A stretch of 57,911 bases of DNA, filler included, from Jimgerdemannia flammicorona (Eukaryota), in the NCBI GenBank assembly GCA_003990765.1. It is 3 parts of 3 records of this genome, joined end to end, with 100 filler letters (N's around TTAATTAATTAA, not from the genome) between each part and the next. Parts side by side here need not be neighbours in the genome. Positions count along the whole stretch, not along the records: positions 19,340 to 38,575 come from RBNJ01001991.1; positions 38,676 to 57,911 come from RBNJ01001992.1; 1 more part is not named here. One strand, 5' to 3'. Every line of letters starts with the position of its first letter. Within the stretch, counting starts at the first letter, position 1. The position numbers and the translations under genes are program-made. The notes beneath the pieces are model-generated. The model saw nothing but the letters and a program-made list of their open reading frames with translations. It had not been told where the DNA came from and did no database searches. This document shows, piece by piece, positions 38,091 to 52,100 of this stretch.

Positions 38091-38575
38091 GTCAGCTCCT
38101 TTCTCCACTACCTTACCGGTCACAAGGTTTGGTAGGCGACCTTCCGAGTCCTCTTTCCCCTAATATTACCCCCTCTACCTCGGGTTGGTTTGCTGTGCCT
38201 GCAGGGGCATGGTGGGAGGAGGGCAATGGTAATGAGTTGCCCCTTTATCGGTGTCGGATCGGTGCTTCCTCCACTTTTTCGCGGATTCTGGTGCCTTCAG
38301 CTGCATCTGGGGTGTACCTGTTTTGGTGCGGCGCCTTCTTCCTTTTGCCGTTGCCAACAAGGTGTTGTCTCGGTGTGTCTCAGGCTACGTAGGGAGTCGG
38401 CCGACCTTGGGCGTCAAGTGCTCAGTGTAGGTTACCTGCAGGTCCTCAGTGCCTGTGGTGGGGCCCTCTGGCTTTGGCGAGCTTCCCGGCGAGCGCAGTT
38501 CTGGCATAGGTGACTGCTTTTCGGATGTTGTCAGGATGGGAGGGGAGATGGCCATCACAGATAGGCAGAAGGGCG
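38091..38575 (+). mobile_element. Probable 5' end of a young, CpG-intact LINE nested in copy B
   Basis: Abrupt return of CpG. The last ~70 bp (GGGAGGGGAGATGGCCATCACAGATAGGCAGAAGGGCG) resemble the early ORF1 region of copies A (~13760) and B (~33555). Confidence 0.5.
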
Positions 38576-38675
38576 NNNNNNNNNNNNNNNNNNNNNNNNN
38601 NNNNNNNNNNNNNNNNNNNTTAATTAATTAANNNNNNNNNNNNNNNNNNNNNNNNNNNNNNNNNNNNNNNNNNNN
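38576..38675. other. Artificial contig linker (N44-TTAATTAATTAA-N44)
   Basis: Same 100-bp structure as 19240-19339. Confidence 0.97.
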
Positions 38676-39568
38676 TTCCTTGTATATAAAAGAATCATCA
38701 AAGTGTTGTCAGGCGCAAGCAAGTTCATGAAATCACGTAGTTCATCTAAATTAGAATGCATTCTATATACAGACGGAACGTTTCCCCGCCGGTTGAATAA
38801 TTCAACAAATTGATATTCCACAAACAAGTGGCCATCTTAAACTACCTCCGTTTCCCTCATGAGTTTTCCTTGAACCACTCAAGCTATCTCGCGATTGCGA
38901 TGACGACCTTTGATACTCCAATCAAAAAAAAAAAACTGAAAAACAGAAGCGCGAAGACAAACGTGAAACCGTTGACAATGGTGAATGGGGTCGAAACCGC
39001 AGGAAAATGGGACGCCCGAAAATGTTAAAAGGAGGTGGCAAACATTGGTTTGATGTGCCAAAAAAAGGGAGTTGTGACAATGATCTACAATGATCTGCAG
39101 CGGCTCGCCACAGCGTCGTATTTCGTTTTGGGAAATTAACTCGTCACAGTTGCAGTATACCAAACTATCAATACATTCCAGGGCAAGAGATATTGGACTG
39201 TCTCGCCATACTTATCCAACTTAACCAGCATGAAACGTGTGATAAACTTATAAGAAATTCTAAATATAGTTCATTTGTAGCTGGTTTATTTATTTATTTA
39301 TTTTGAAATTGTGAACACCGCAGTGCAAAACCAAAAACCAAAAAAAAAAAAAACATTTGCTGAGAACGCAACTTATCCTACCAGTTGCAGAGCAAAGTAC
39401 GAACAGCACCAAGTCAACCATTTTTTTCACGACAATCAAAGTGATTACGACATTACTTATTATTCATGTGATAGTTACTCTAAATCACTCTAGTAGGCTG
39501 AACCCATTGATACATACCATTAGATTTAAATTGCTCACCAGTTGCTTAAAGATATTTATGGACTAGTT

Positions 39569-40491
39569 TTACACCGTGAATTTCATGCATCTGGGCGGGG
39601 AGATCGAGTTCAAATATAACATAAGCAGATGCATAATACACATCCAAGGTAAAAGAATTGTCCTCGTCCATCCTTAACATATCCCGGTCCGCCTCCCGTC
39701 AAGATAGCACGCCCAAAGTTTAACCCCATTCACCGAACACTCCCGACATTCACCCACCTCGTTTCCTCATGTGTCTCCAGACACTTTTTAGAACAGTATC
39801 GCATCCCGCACCGGACGCACGAATAACAGCTTTGAAACCCGCACACAGTGCAAAACTTTCGCGGAGGGTAGCTAGAAGGTGCCACAGCAGCAGTGATGTA
39901 GGTAGGGGTGGTGGGTGGGAGGAGTTCGATTTTCTGGGGGGCGATAGAAAATGTGCGAGGTGTTTTTGGGTAGATTAGTCATGTAGGGTAGGGGGTCAGG
40001 GATGTGAACAGTCTATCATGGTGTAAAATGAGCACTCACCGATTCCTCGATCAGAAGGTTTAAGTTTTTCTTGGTTAGGAGGAGACGACGTATATCGCCT
40101 TTGGACTTCTTACGAGTTTTACGGACTGATTTGAATACGTAAGGCCATGAATTTGGCTTTGTCAACACCCAAAAAAAAAAAAAAAAAAAAAAAAGCCGGC
40201 ATTTAGAGCTTCATAAATTATTTACAAGCAAGGCTACTCACTTTCGCCATCCTTCTTCACCGCCCCAGCCACGATGGCAATGTCGTACTCCGGCACGGCT
40301 TGGAAGTTGTCGCGTTCGAGGGAATCGAGGTGGCGTTGTAGATGCCGCCGTTGCGCCTCCGGGTCGAGCGCGGGTCGGCCTGCATGGAAAGCAATCGCTA
40401 TAAGTGGGTGATGCATGGATTGAAAGCGCAACCAGTTAGCTTGAATTCCCAGGCATTTACCTTGTTTTGCCCTGTCGGGTTTCTTGGACAT
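39569..40491 (-). CDS. VPS71: SWR1 complex subunit Vps71/Swc6 (ZNHIT1 family), zf-HIT protein, 5 exons
   Basis: Exons 40491-40461, 40379-40242, 40125-40040, 39933-39758 and 39590-39569 splice in phase. Motifs LDPEAQRRHLQRHLDSLERDNF and PPRKFCTVCGFQSCYSCVRCGMRYCSKKCLETHEETRCMKF. Confidence 0.9.
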
Positions 40492-42203
40492 AATGATGAG
40501 CTGAAGAAGAGTCGCAAGCGGAACGACGAATTCTTTTTTATAAATTCATCCGCGGAAACCCAAGCATGACGTCACCATATTGACGCCAAGCAAATAAATT
40601 TCGGGAACGCAGCACACCACCCCCAGAACAAACAGTAGAACCACAAAGTCCCTCCAGTAAGCCTGTCTGACGATTCATCGCATGAAGACAACACAAGAGG
40701 GAAATATTACGAGAACCTGTTTCAATGATAGGGACCTTGTGTTCGCTGTTTTTACTGCCGAAATGAGAAAAATTCTGAGACTTGAGCTTCCCACTGTGCT
40801 CGCGTGTGGAGTTTCGTCCTTGGGAAACAGCTTGCTCGACCCTTCACCCTCTGAAACCGGGAATCCCAAAGCAGGATGAACGAGAAAGTCAGGGTGTGGG
40901 GGTAAGAGTGGCGATGACCAAGTCTCGAAACTCACACGTCTAAACGCGGCACAAAAATAGTGGTGAACGCAGTGAGGGTTTTCTTGATCTTATTTGATCG
41001 GCTTCCTTCCTCTACATCCCCTCTTTTCGACATACCTATTCTTATATATAATCCCATACAGGACCTTCATGGCAGTATTTGAAAATTCGTGCATAGAGGA
41101 GTTTGCACATGTTTCATTATCGGTACATACATATATGCTATTCTCTTGTGAGCATTATAGGATTTTACATATCCTATGACGATTTCCCGCAAAATTATGG
41201 ACTGAACAGGTGCGTTGTGTTGTGTAGTAGCAAGACACAGCATTTCCTTATCATGGCTTTGGCGAATGAACTGGGGAATGGAAGTAGTTATTATACTCGC
41301 CGGGACGTTTATACATACCAGCTGTGCGATGCCAGGTTTCCTGATACGCAAGAATTCGCCTGCTGTTGTGAGTGTTTGTCGTGGAGCTAAAGGTATCAAA
41401 AGAAAGGATGGTTCGTGCAAAAGACGTCGTGATAACGCATGAACATGTATATTTCTGACTCGTTTTGAAACGAGCAAAAATTCCCTATCAGCGAAAGCCG
41501 CGATCTGCTGGATTTACGATGAATGAATCGCATCAAATTAAATGTTTAGTCCGAAACTACGAGAAGCAACGAATACAAAGAGGCGCATCGGGCCAAAGGA
41601 ACAGAAGAAAAAAAAAAACTATATTACAACGTCATAGAATTGACAAGAAGGGATGCACGTCGCCACAGAAGCAAAGAACGAGTAAACAAGCCATCATTAT
41701 AAAAGTAGTACAATGCGGATAGCAAAGAGTATGGAGAGAGGGGGGGGGAGGGGGGGAGAGCGGATTGACGCAGAACGGAATGATTAAAACAGCATTCTCT
41801 ACCAATGATTCAACACAGAATTGCTACTGATTTCTAAAGTACTTAAAACAGAAAAAGAGATACGAGTCAGTTAACATACCAAGAAACGAAAGAGGAAGGA
41901 AGACACAAAACAAAAGGAAACATGAAACAAATCGAACGATGACTACACTCAAAAAAACTGAAACACCAGAAGAGGGTGGGAAGCAAGAGAAAAATCCAGT
42001 TTTTCGGGCAGCCACCTCAGCAAAAAAGAGAAAAAGAAAGAAATACAAAAAAGTTCAATAATGTCGCCACATAACGTCAATACACCTCTCTACAAAGTCA
42101 TTTCGTGTTGGTCGACCTCCATGCCCTCCACAAGATGCGATCCATTTTCGCCGCAAAAATTATACAGAATTGTGTATGTGTCTAATAATTTACAAATGAA
42201 TGC

Positions 42204-42239
<36 letters not shown>

Positions 42240-42405
42240 CCTGATCCAAGATATCCATTGCAATCAATCGACCTTTGAAGCATCCGCATGTTCCCCGACC
42301 CCACAGATCGTCGTCCCTCCATTTTAGCAACCATCATTTTGTCAGCATCCAGGTCCGGGACTCTCCAAAATTAACATTTGCAAAGCCATTCGCTCCATTC
42401 GCACT

Positions 42406-45400
42406 TCAACTAACATGCGCGTCCTGCGAGTTACGTCTTGACGATCCCGACGTTGCCGATACCATACGAGGAGACCCTTTATCAAACGACGGTTTCCTTT
42501 CGGGAGTACCTCTCCGGTCCTGCGATCCCCTCCGTGAAGATGACGATCTCTCTCTACTATCTCTTCTATCCCTCCTATCTCTACTATCACGTTCCCTGTC
42601 TCGATCTCTATCCCTGTCCCGCCTATCCCTGTCTCTATCCCTATCTCTATCCCTATTCCTGTCCTGCGAATTCCGCCGCGATGAAGATGACGAAACGTGA
42701 TGATGTGATGACGCAGAAGAAGTTGAATGATAGTCAGCATGGCGATCGTGCCGCGATGACGTCGAATATGCGGACGCTGACGATTGATGATTTTCACGGT
42801 GACCACGACTTCGATTCGAAGACCGGTATGATGTGTCAAAGTCCTTGCCATCGCGATATACCGATCGAGACTCCTTGTCATTACGGTGAGGGGCTCGTTC
42901 AGTCGCGGATGAGTGATCCGAAAGGGATATGGTGTCCCTTTTAACCTCTTCGGGTGGTGTCGGATTGGCAGGTTCCTCGATGCGCATGCGTTTTGAAGCG
43001 GGTGGTTGCATTGTCTGTTCAACGGGAGAAGACGGCATTGAAATGACTGGGCGCCCTCCTTCGTGACGTGGCGGCACAATGCTGACAGAGGGTGCTGCAG
43101 GTACAGGCTGGGGTACAACGTGTGGCAGTTGCAAGGGTTGTTGCTGCGACTGAGGGACAGTTAGTGGCTCCGATTGTTGCACGAGAGCCGTGCTCGGATC
43201 TGCAGGTAGTGGTAGAATTGGTTGGGTAAAACCGTTGACAGGACCAGGGTGGTTCTTCCGTTTACGCTGTTTCGTTTCATATTCGTGCCAATCCCCCTTG
43301 ATCTTGGGTAGACTGTCAAAAATGGATGGGAAAATTTGGCAGACAAATTAGAACAATCTTGAACCAAAATATCATTAGAAGGACCACATAAGCATCTTAT
43401 GCATCTCACCGTTCGGGGGAGCAAGCTTCTGGATCCTCCTTTGTGAAGTAATCAAACTGGAGAGCTTGCGATGCCGATGGCCGTTTGGCAGGATCTAACG
43501 ACAACAACGCTTCTAAAAGTTCCAATGCACCTGGTGACAGATTCCTATATATAATACACAACAAAATTTGAGCGACCGAGTTTCTGATGAAAGGTAGATA
43601 TAGTTTCCCGCAAGGTTTTGAAACACACTCACTCTGCATAAGTCTCCCGAAATCGGTTCTCAAATTTCTCTTTAGGTCGCACCAGTTCATACCACGGTAA
43701 ATCCACGACAGCAGGCCATGTCTCTGGAGTTGGTGTACCCATGATTCGGTAGATGAGTTCGAGTTGTGTTATCTCATCGTTACCTGGAAAGACGGGCTTT
43801 CGCGTGAAGAGCTCCAACATAATGCAACTGTGCGAGAAACAAGACAGAAACCGTAAAAGCATTGTTACTTAAATTAGGGCTTGTGTCGCGCTCATCCTCC
43901 AGTGTTGCAATGGGGACATCTCAAGAAAATTCCCCGAATTATTATAACAGTTTCTACTTACCCAACGCTCCACATGTCCACCTCTGGTCCATATGCCGTT
44001 GCGCCCAGTAGTAACTCCGGTGGTCGATACCAAAGCGTGATCACACGGTTAGTATAGTCGTGTGCTCGAGCCCTTTGAAAAACACGTGCGAGACCAAAGT
44101 CGGCCAATTTGAGCTCGCCACGGTTGTTGAGCAACAGATTCGAGCCTGAACAATGGAAGTCGACATGCCGATCAGAAACATTGAGGTTTGATGATGAATG
44201 CAAAACCATGCAATTATGTCGGCAGCTAAACATGTCCCGGACCGGCCCTCTCTCTCTAGTCCAATTTTCTCTTGCACCCCTCGCCGCTACCCAATTATAT
44301 TTTCTCGTTTTCATACCGTCTCAACGGCAGAACAATCATCCTTGTCCCACTCCCCTCCCACTCCAAGAAAGAAGAAAAGAAAAAAAAAAGGTATTACAAC
44401 CCCCGCTCCTGATCCACTTCACGTTACACGAGCTCTCGATTCGATTATAAATAAATAACAAATACAAAATGCTCACCCTTGATATCTCGATGTAGTACTC
44501 CCCGATTATGCAGAAACTTAAGTCCCTCGAGCATCTGCATGACAAGACATTTCACATGTTCCGGCCCAAATTTATGGTGTGGATGCGCCAAAACGCCTGT
44601 GAGATCGTGATCCATGTATTCGAACACCATGTACACCGAGCCTGCATTAACACGAACGTTTGAAAGATAATGGGAACCATTCCAAGAGTGTGGAGATGGA
44701 TATAAATCTGCATATTAGAAAAATTGCAGCAGTAGCAGCACCGTGCGAAGAATGGTTTTTGGTGTTGAATCGAATTTCAGGCTGCCTCCGGAATTTCAAT
44801 GCCTTAGCAACATGCTGAGCCTGTCCAAATCGGTTTAAGACACCAAAAAGTATACATTAATGAAACTTTTCTCCCTTTTGCGTACCTTTGGACACCATTA
44901 TTTGATGCAATTGCACGATATGTTTATGCTTGAGCCGCTGAAGAAGTTTAATCTCTCGCATTGCCGTTATCGGGAACTGTTCGAACACAAGGGATGTAAA
45001 GGTAAGAAGTATGCCAACAGAAACGCGTTTCCATCAAACAAAAATTTGTATATTACAGAGCAACAAAACTGGGTTTCAATTCGATCATTAATTAACCTGC
45101 CTCTTCACAAAAAAAAAAAAAAAAAAGGGGGGGAGGGGGACATGACCAGCTCGAAACTACACATATGCCAACTTACCCCCTCCTTCTCCGATTCCATCCG
45201 TATTCGTTTTAACGCTACGAGCTCGCCAGTGTCACGGTTACGCGCTTTGTACACTTTTCTGCCAGACGACGATGAATTGAAAACAAGAGGCCTGTTAATT
45301 TTACCTGCTTTCATCAATTGACGCGCGCCAAAATCTGTATCTGTAACCCTGCCTCTAATCCTTGCTTCCTCCCAATCCAATTAGTCTTCCCCCTTCATTG

Positions 45401-47870
45401 ATCACGTCGCCCTCCAATCAGGGTCTTCTAAAACCGCTTGTGCCCATCAACAATCATCCCAAAAATAAACATGCGGCAAATGAGGTGCTACGAACCCATA
45501 TGTCCCCTCCCCAACTTGTCCCAATTTCTCAAACAACTCCGTTGGTCTGGCCGCCATATGCTGCTGCTGCTGCTGCTGCGATAGCGCCGGAACAACGCCA
45601 ATTTGCTCAACGCCGGTTGACGAAGCAGATGTCGGCGTGACCAGTTGATTTTGTACGTCCGTCGCTGTCCCTGCCGCCAGCGGAGCGGTGTTGAGCGTAG
45701 ACGGTCGCACGGCCGTGTGCGGTTGTGCCTGTGCTTTCGGCAATGGCGGTGGTGCCAATGTCGCCGCAGGAGGTTGCCTTGTCGCCGATGAAGAGCTTGT
45801 TGTCGCCGGCGGTTGTCTCTCCTTGTCGGTCTCCATTCCCGATTCCACCACCACCACTGCTACGTCCTGTTCTAACACCACGCCATCCTCACCCACCGAA
45901 TCCTTGCTCGGCCCCTGTGCCGCCAGCTGCGCCGCAGCTTGCGCTGCCAGGGCCACCACCCTTCCTACTTCCTCATCGTTCATCACAGAAAGACTCGTCT
46001 TCCTCTTCGTCCCGCCGCTTCCCGCGCGCCCCCCTGTCTTTAATGAAAATCTGACCGCATTCCCAGGGCCGCCCGGTTCTGACGTTGTTGGAAGGGCCAT
46101 AGACGCACCGGTTGCTACGCGTTCTGCTACAGACACCGTGGGTTGAGGTGACGACGTGGATTTCGCTCCTGCACTACCACTACCACTACCACCACCACCA
46201 CCACCACCACTACCACTACCACCAGCACCAGCACCAGCACCACCACCGGCCACCCCCGACAACGATGACTTCCTCCTTGCCGGTTCACTCGAAATCACGT
46301 TCCCAGTTCCCAAACAATTTTGCGACGGCACTGTCCCACCAACACGCCAAGGGGGGGGGGGTGGTCCGATCGCATCAGGTTGCGATCTCCACGGTGGTGG
46401 TGGGGGGTGCGGTGGTGGATATTGCGGTGCTGAATATGGCTGTGGCGGGGGAGGTTGGGGTTGTTGAGGCGGTGGAGGCTGTTGGGGTTGTAGAGGAGGT
46501 GGAGGCTGGGGGTAGTAAGGCGGGGGAGGGGGGGGTGGCGGCGGAGGTTGGGGTTGGGGTGGCTGTTGCTGTTGATATGGGTCATGGTAGTACGTTGCAG
46601 GGCCCGTAGGTGGGGGAGGTTGATGATAGTAATTGGCGGCGGCGTGCATATACTGTTGTTGATGTTGATACGGATCCTGTGGTTGGCTATATGGATCTTG
46701 GGGCCGAGATGGATCGGTTGCATACATGCCATGCATTTGCTCGGGTGTGGGAGGCATATGATGTTGTGCCGGGGGCAAGTTCTGCTGGTAGGGATCCCAT
46801 GCGGGTTGCGCCGTCGTCGGGTATGGCTGCTGTGCCGCCGTCGCCCAATCGCCCGACCCTGCGCGATGAAGCGAGCCAGTTTGATCCCACCCTGGCGTTT
46901 GCGGTTGATAAAACGCTGCCGGTGCCGTCGGAGGAAGCTGGCCCGCGAATGGGATGGTTCCTTGCATCGGCTGCATCGGACCCGAGTAAGCACGATGGGG
47001 AATTCCATTAGCACCAGCACCAGCACCGTAAGGATCCTGTGGGGGTGGCAAATCACCATGCTGTCGCGCGTCGTAATAGTTCCCCGTCGGGTATCCACCT
47101 CCACCCACCCCACCAGCGTTCCCATACATGCCGTTCTTCAACGGTGGTGGGCCACCAGGCATGAAATCCGGTCGCCCCGAGTCGCGACGGTACATGGGTG
47201 GCGGTGAAGCTACATAGTCCCTACTGCCGCGCCGGTACCCCTTATCCGGCCCGTACCCACGCGAATGTCTATCCTGGTCCCTTTCGAACCGGTCACGGTA
47301 GTATGGTTCTCCACCACCGCCTCGACCCCTCCCCCCGCGCGAATGACCCCAGCCACGGCCACCCCCACCCCGGTCGTGGTACCGGCCACCACCCCGTCCG
47401 CGAAACCCTCCCTTGTCAAACCCAACGGCCCCGCCCCCCCCTAGTCCCCTGTGATACTCCTCCCAACCCCTACGATCGTCCTTATCATATTGTTCATTAT
47501 TATAGTCGTCCCTACTACGCTTCTCAACAGCGCGTCTTTCCTCGCTGCTCCCTCTCCGCTCCCGCGGCGGTAATGCAGGCTGATCGGACCGGGCGTCGGG
47601 CGGATGCGTGCCTTGCGAATGTGGGTCGACATCCATCATATCGTTCGACCGCAACGCGCCGTCTGCAGCCGAATGGTCGTGCGTGGGCGCGGTCGCCGAG
47701 CCAGCGGGTTGGTGAGGACGGTGGGTCGAGCCAGGCGGTGGTGTAGGCGGAGCCACGGACGAAGGTAGCGACGAGGCGACGCCGGGTGCGGGGTGATAAG
47801 GTCCGCTCGTTTCACTGTAAAAAAGTGTCGGCGCTGGGCGTGACACGCTCTCGTCCTGGTGCCCCTCCAT
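42406..47870 (-). CDS. CTK1: RNA Pol II CTD Ser2 kinase catalytic subunit (Ctk1/Lsk1/CDK12-13 family), 8 exons
   Basis: Exons 47870-45496, 45258-45177, 44976-44886, 44641-44477, 44145-43962, 43827-43633, 43544-43410 and 43312-42406 splice in phase. Motifs [62 protein letters not shown] and GDWHEYE. Start and stop exons are less certain. Confidence 0.92.
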
Positions 47871-49103
47871 GCGGCGTTTGTGATCTCCTTGATGAAATTT
47901 GGATTGGTCGTTGGGTGAGCAGACGTTTCGAATGGTCGCCCAGAGAACGTGGGTCAACAGATTTGGTGTTCACTGAATGAAGCAAGATAGCAGGAGGTTC
48001 TCTCTGCGGCGAAGGATAGAAGGAGAGACAAGATGTCAAGGGTTGTTTTTTGTTTCCTTTCTCTGACTGTCATCCACAACAGTAGGAAATGACGTCACCT
48101 CCAACTGGAATATTTTATCTCACCACCATCTTGCCACACTGTCCAAACATGCACAATTCCTTCCATTCCAGCAACAGCATGGTATTACCAAAAGAGGCCG
48201 CAAAAAACCCATGGCCCAAAATTGGTGGGGTTGACCCAACTTCTCACCCATTACAATGTCCGCGACCGCCCCTCCCATGGGAAAGAAGAATCTATACAGT
48301 AATATGCAAATTTCTGCTTTGATTATTTAATCCACTTTGTTGCTATCAATGCATTTATGTCAATCTTCTCCTTTCCGTTTAAAACAGATATTCTGGGGCT
48401 TGCGGAATCTAGCCCAAGCCTTGGTTTTATATTAACGCGTGCATGTCGCGTATCGATCACGTGATATTCGTCGCCATGTCGAAGGGGCGGATTCCGCAAT
48501 TCTATAATGAGGTTCGCACACATCCAAAAACGTAACCCCCGACTCCGTAAACCCCTCCCTCGATCTCCACACACACAAAAAAAAAAAAAAAAAAGTAGCA
48601 TATTGATAAAAGAACAAAAAAAAAAAAAAAAAAAAAAAAAAGAAAAAGAAAAGGAAAATTATAAATACAAATAAAGATAAGACATTTCACCCAGGAAATG
48701 TATCTTGGCATTGGTACACAAATGCTACACCTACATTCAGGCCACGTAACTATGTAAAATTACGTGAATGAGGTAAAATATACAGCCACCCTTCACCTCT
48801 TCCTGGATTGAGGACACTGAACATGAACAGTACGACAATCAACTAATGACAATCTAAGATATAAGTTTGGCCAAATATATACCTGCAGGCAGCATGCCAC
48901 AAAAGGCGCTGTATCCATAATTTCAAACAACCACATGAACCAACAAAACAACACAAACGCATTTCAAATAACAAGTGGATCGGAACCAAAGCTATGCGCC
49001 ACTGCGCCATACATACAATCCATGTTTAAACAGAAAACATCATCTTCTCAAATTTTTTCATTCGTCACCCCACCCATCCTCTTTCCGCCACAAATCATAC
49101 ATT

Positions 49104-52100
49104 CTACTGGCTTTCTGTGGCGTTTTCCAGCTCCTCCGCCTTCGCCTTCCCCTTCTGATTGCCAACAGCCGGATCAGTAGCTCCACCCTTGTCCTCCAGA
49201 CTCCCTTGCCTCTCGAGATTATGCCGCCCATTTTCCTCCTTGTTACCCTCCCGCCCCTTACTCCCTTCCTCCCTTCTCTTCCGTTCCAGCCTCAGCTTCG
49301 GCCCCGAATCCCTCGTATCGCACTGACCATGCCTTTCTCTCGACGCCTCCCTCGACGGCGAGAACGACCCCGTCTGATGATCCACAACGAGGGGCTCCGT
49401 TTGGCGTGTATCCATACTTTTCGTACTACCGTCGTTGTCGTCGTCATTCCCCCATCCATCCTCGTCTCGCCATCCATCATCATTCCGAATTGCCGCTCCT
49501 CTCGCCGTCTCCTTTCCTGATTCCTTCACCCAAGCTGCAACCCTCGCCAGCCTCTCCTCCTTACTAGGCGGTGACGGTCCGGATCTTAAAACCCCCTCTG
49601 GCGATTCGCCCCTCATCATCGCCGACAGCGTCCTTGGCTCACGAGCTCTCTCAATCGAGCCGGCCGACTCCAACGACGTCCTTCGGTCAAGCGTCGCGAG
49701 TTGAATGTCTGTTGCAGAAGTAGTCCCACTATATTTGCCGTGGCTTGACCTCGCGAAATTCGCCCTCTCAGGCTCCTTTGTCGTCCCGGCGCCACGTCCG
49801 TCACAGTCATCATCGGCTTCATCAGCCTCCCACAGATCGTCATCTCGCCACTCATCATCGTTTTTCCTCTTGCCTGGTCGCTTCTCCTCCGTCATCGCAA
49901 AATCTCCGTCTGCATCGCGACCCGGAAACCCACCGCGCCACAGCTCCGCGGCTGTCGGACGTGAGGGCAAAGGATGCACCCGTGGTCGTTTAGGTGGAGG
50001 AGCTTGCGCGTCGCGACCGGGTTCGTCGGCGGGAGGAGGCAGAGGAGTGGGCAGAGGTGAAGGCGCAGGGTGAGGGGGGAGAAAGTTCGATCGGTCCGGT
50101 CGCGATATAGAAGGTTGTGGCGGAAGAGGGGCGTAAGGGTGCATATACGCCGACGTCCCTGGCGGTAGGGGTTGTGGTGGGGTGAAGGCATTGTGGAGAC
50201 GGGGTTGATTTAAAGGTGGTGGCCCACGAGGAGGAGGCGGTGGAGGAAAGGGGACGAAGGGGTGGCCTTGTTGGATGGGTGAGATGGGTGGAGAGAGATT
50301 TTGCGGGTGTGGAATTGGGGGAGGGAAATTTGGTAAGGTAGGATTGTTTTTGGAGCGAGATTGAGGCGTGGGGTCCGGATAGAGTTGGTGGTTTTGGTTC
50401 AGAACTCCCCTATTCATTGGAGGCTGCGGAATCGATGCAATGGCTCCTTCTACCATGAGATGTACAGGTCTTCCTTCCTTTGCTGCGCGAACCATGGCTC
50501 GTTTTTTCTCGCACTGTTCCCCCTTATCCCGCATCAACTTCATAACTAGCTCGCACGTACGAGCCTGTTTGGCGAATTGCGCCTCTTGGTCGCCCAGGAG
50601 CATGTCTAGCGTCGTGAGAAAATCTGGAGAGAGTGGGCGTGAATGTGAATCAACCAAATATGTGAACTGCCACATTTCGTGATAGAGGGGAAAACGACTA
50701 ATCTCTCACCTAGGCCATCCACATTGGCATCAATCCCGCTCGTCGGCCAGTGCTTCTTCTGCTGCACCGCGGTTTCGAACGCTTTCCATTGGGCTGCAGT
50801 GATGGCGTCGAGCTCGATGACGCGTTCGCCTTGGTCAAGCAGGAGCATGGAGAGCTCCTTGAATTTGGCCTGTCCCGTGATTCGGCAAGAGAAAGGAGGA
50901 AGAAAGGAGGGTTAAGTTTGTGCGGGATCTAAGAAGTGGACGAAAACTTGAGGCGTGGTCAATCCGAATAGGCGATTCTCTGAAACACAGACCGTCTGAA
51001 CAACTTTCCCAACATATTGCTAAAATTACACATACCGCATCGTCTGCTGACGGTTCTGGCGTCGCATGCGACGCAGAATTCAATGCCGTGGAAGGTGTCT
51101 TTGACACCGCCCTTACATCCTTCTCATTAGAATCCGCCACGGATGTAGTGTCTATAGTAGCATCTTCTGAATCGAAAGTGGGTGGTAATTTAGCCGCGAT
51201 GACGATTCGTTCATGGTGCAGGTGGTAGGGAAAAGTTGCCGCTTTTTATAAGAGTTGTTACAAAGATCGAAATTCGGCCTCGCCACTTTTGTGCGAATCA
51301 AATGTCCCAGATCAGCGGAAGGAAGCCCCACCAGCTCACATCCAAGACACCAAATCACTGCAGACAACCAATTCATTGAGATCAAAATGTTAGGGACTTA
51401 CGAAGCTTTTCCCGTATCTCGTCCAAGTAGACCTTATCATATACCTGCCGCTCTTCCCAGATCTTCAATAATCGCCCGATCTTTGCACGAATCTCTTCGG
51501 ATGAAGTGCGGTGCGCGTGCTCGATGGCCGAGGGAAGCATCTGTGTTTCAGATTCAAATCCAGAGAATTGATTAAAACCGATATCAGTAATACCATTATC
51601 AAGTGTGCATTTTGGAGGGGATACCAAAGCCCGGTGGACCATTTGAACATTTAGAAACGAAGCGAGACGGGTGTAAGAGAAGACAAAATATATCTCACAG
51701 GGGCAAAGGCATCGATGAATTCGGGGCCTTTCCGGCGCGAATTTTGCAGAACGTCGTTAGCGAGGTAGAGAAGAACGAGCTTGCGGGGCGCCGTGGCTAG
51801 TTAATTACGTGCAGATACTGTCGGTGAATCTCGGGCTTTGCCTTCAGGTCACGAGTTGTCAACCACGGAATCCAAGTTCCATGCGGAGCTACTGATTGAA
51901 CCTACTAGATTTTAGCTCTCCAATCCACGTCTGCACGCTTGACTTGGCATGACGCGTGTGGAACATAAACCCTGGGGAACGGGAGATTGGAAGGTGCAGG
52001 AAGCAAGAGGCGGTTAACACACGCCGATGCACCAGACAGGGTGGCAGTACAACCATTCTCTGGAAGGCTGAGATGACACACATTGAGAGAGAGTTTGTAT

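Noticed and set aside
38676..39250. Possible exons at the start of contig 3
   Set aside because: Short ORFs without recognisable motifs, truncated by the gap.
40680..41480. Short ORFs and splice-like signals between VPS71 and CTK1
   Set aside because: Could not assemble a coherent reading frame or recognise a product.
42342..43118. Second 258-aa minus-strand ORF and the many antisense ORFs across 42-55 kb
   Set aside because: Shadow frames of GC-rich low-complexity coding exons. Splice phase selects the 42406-43312 frame for CTK1.
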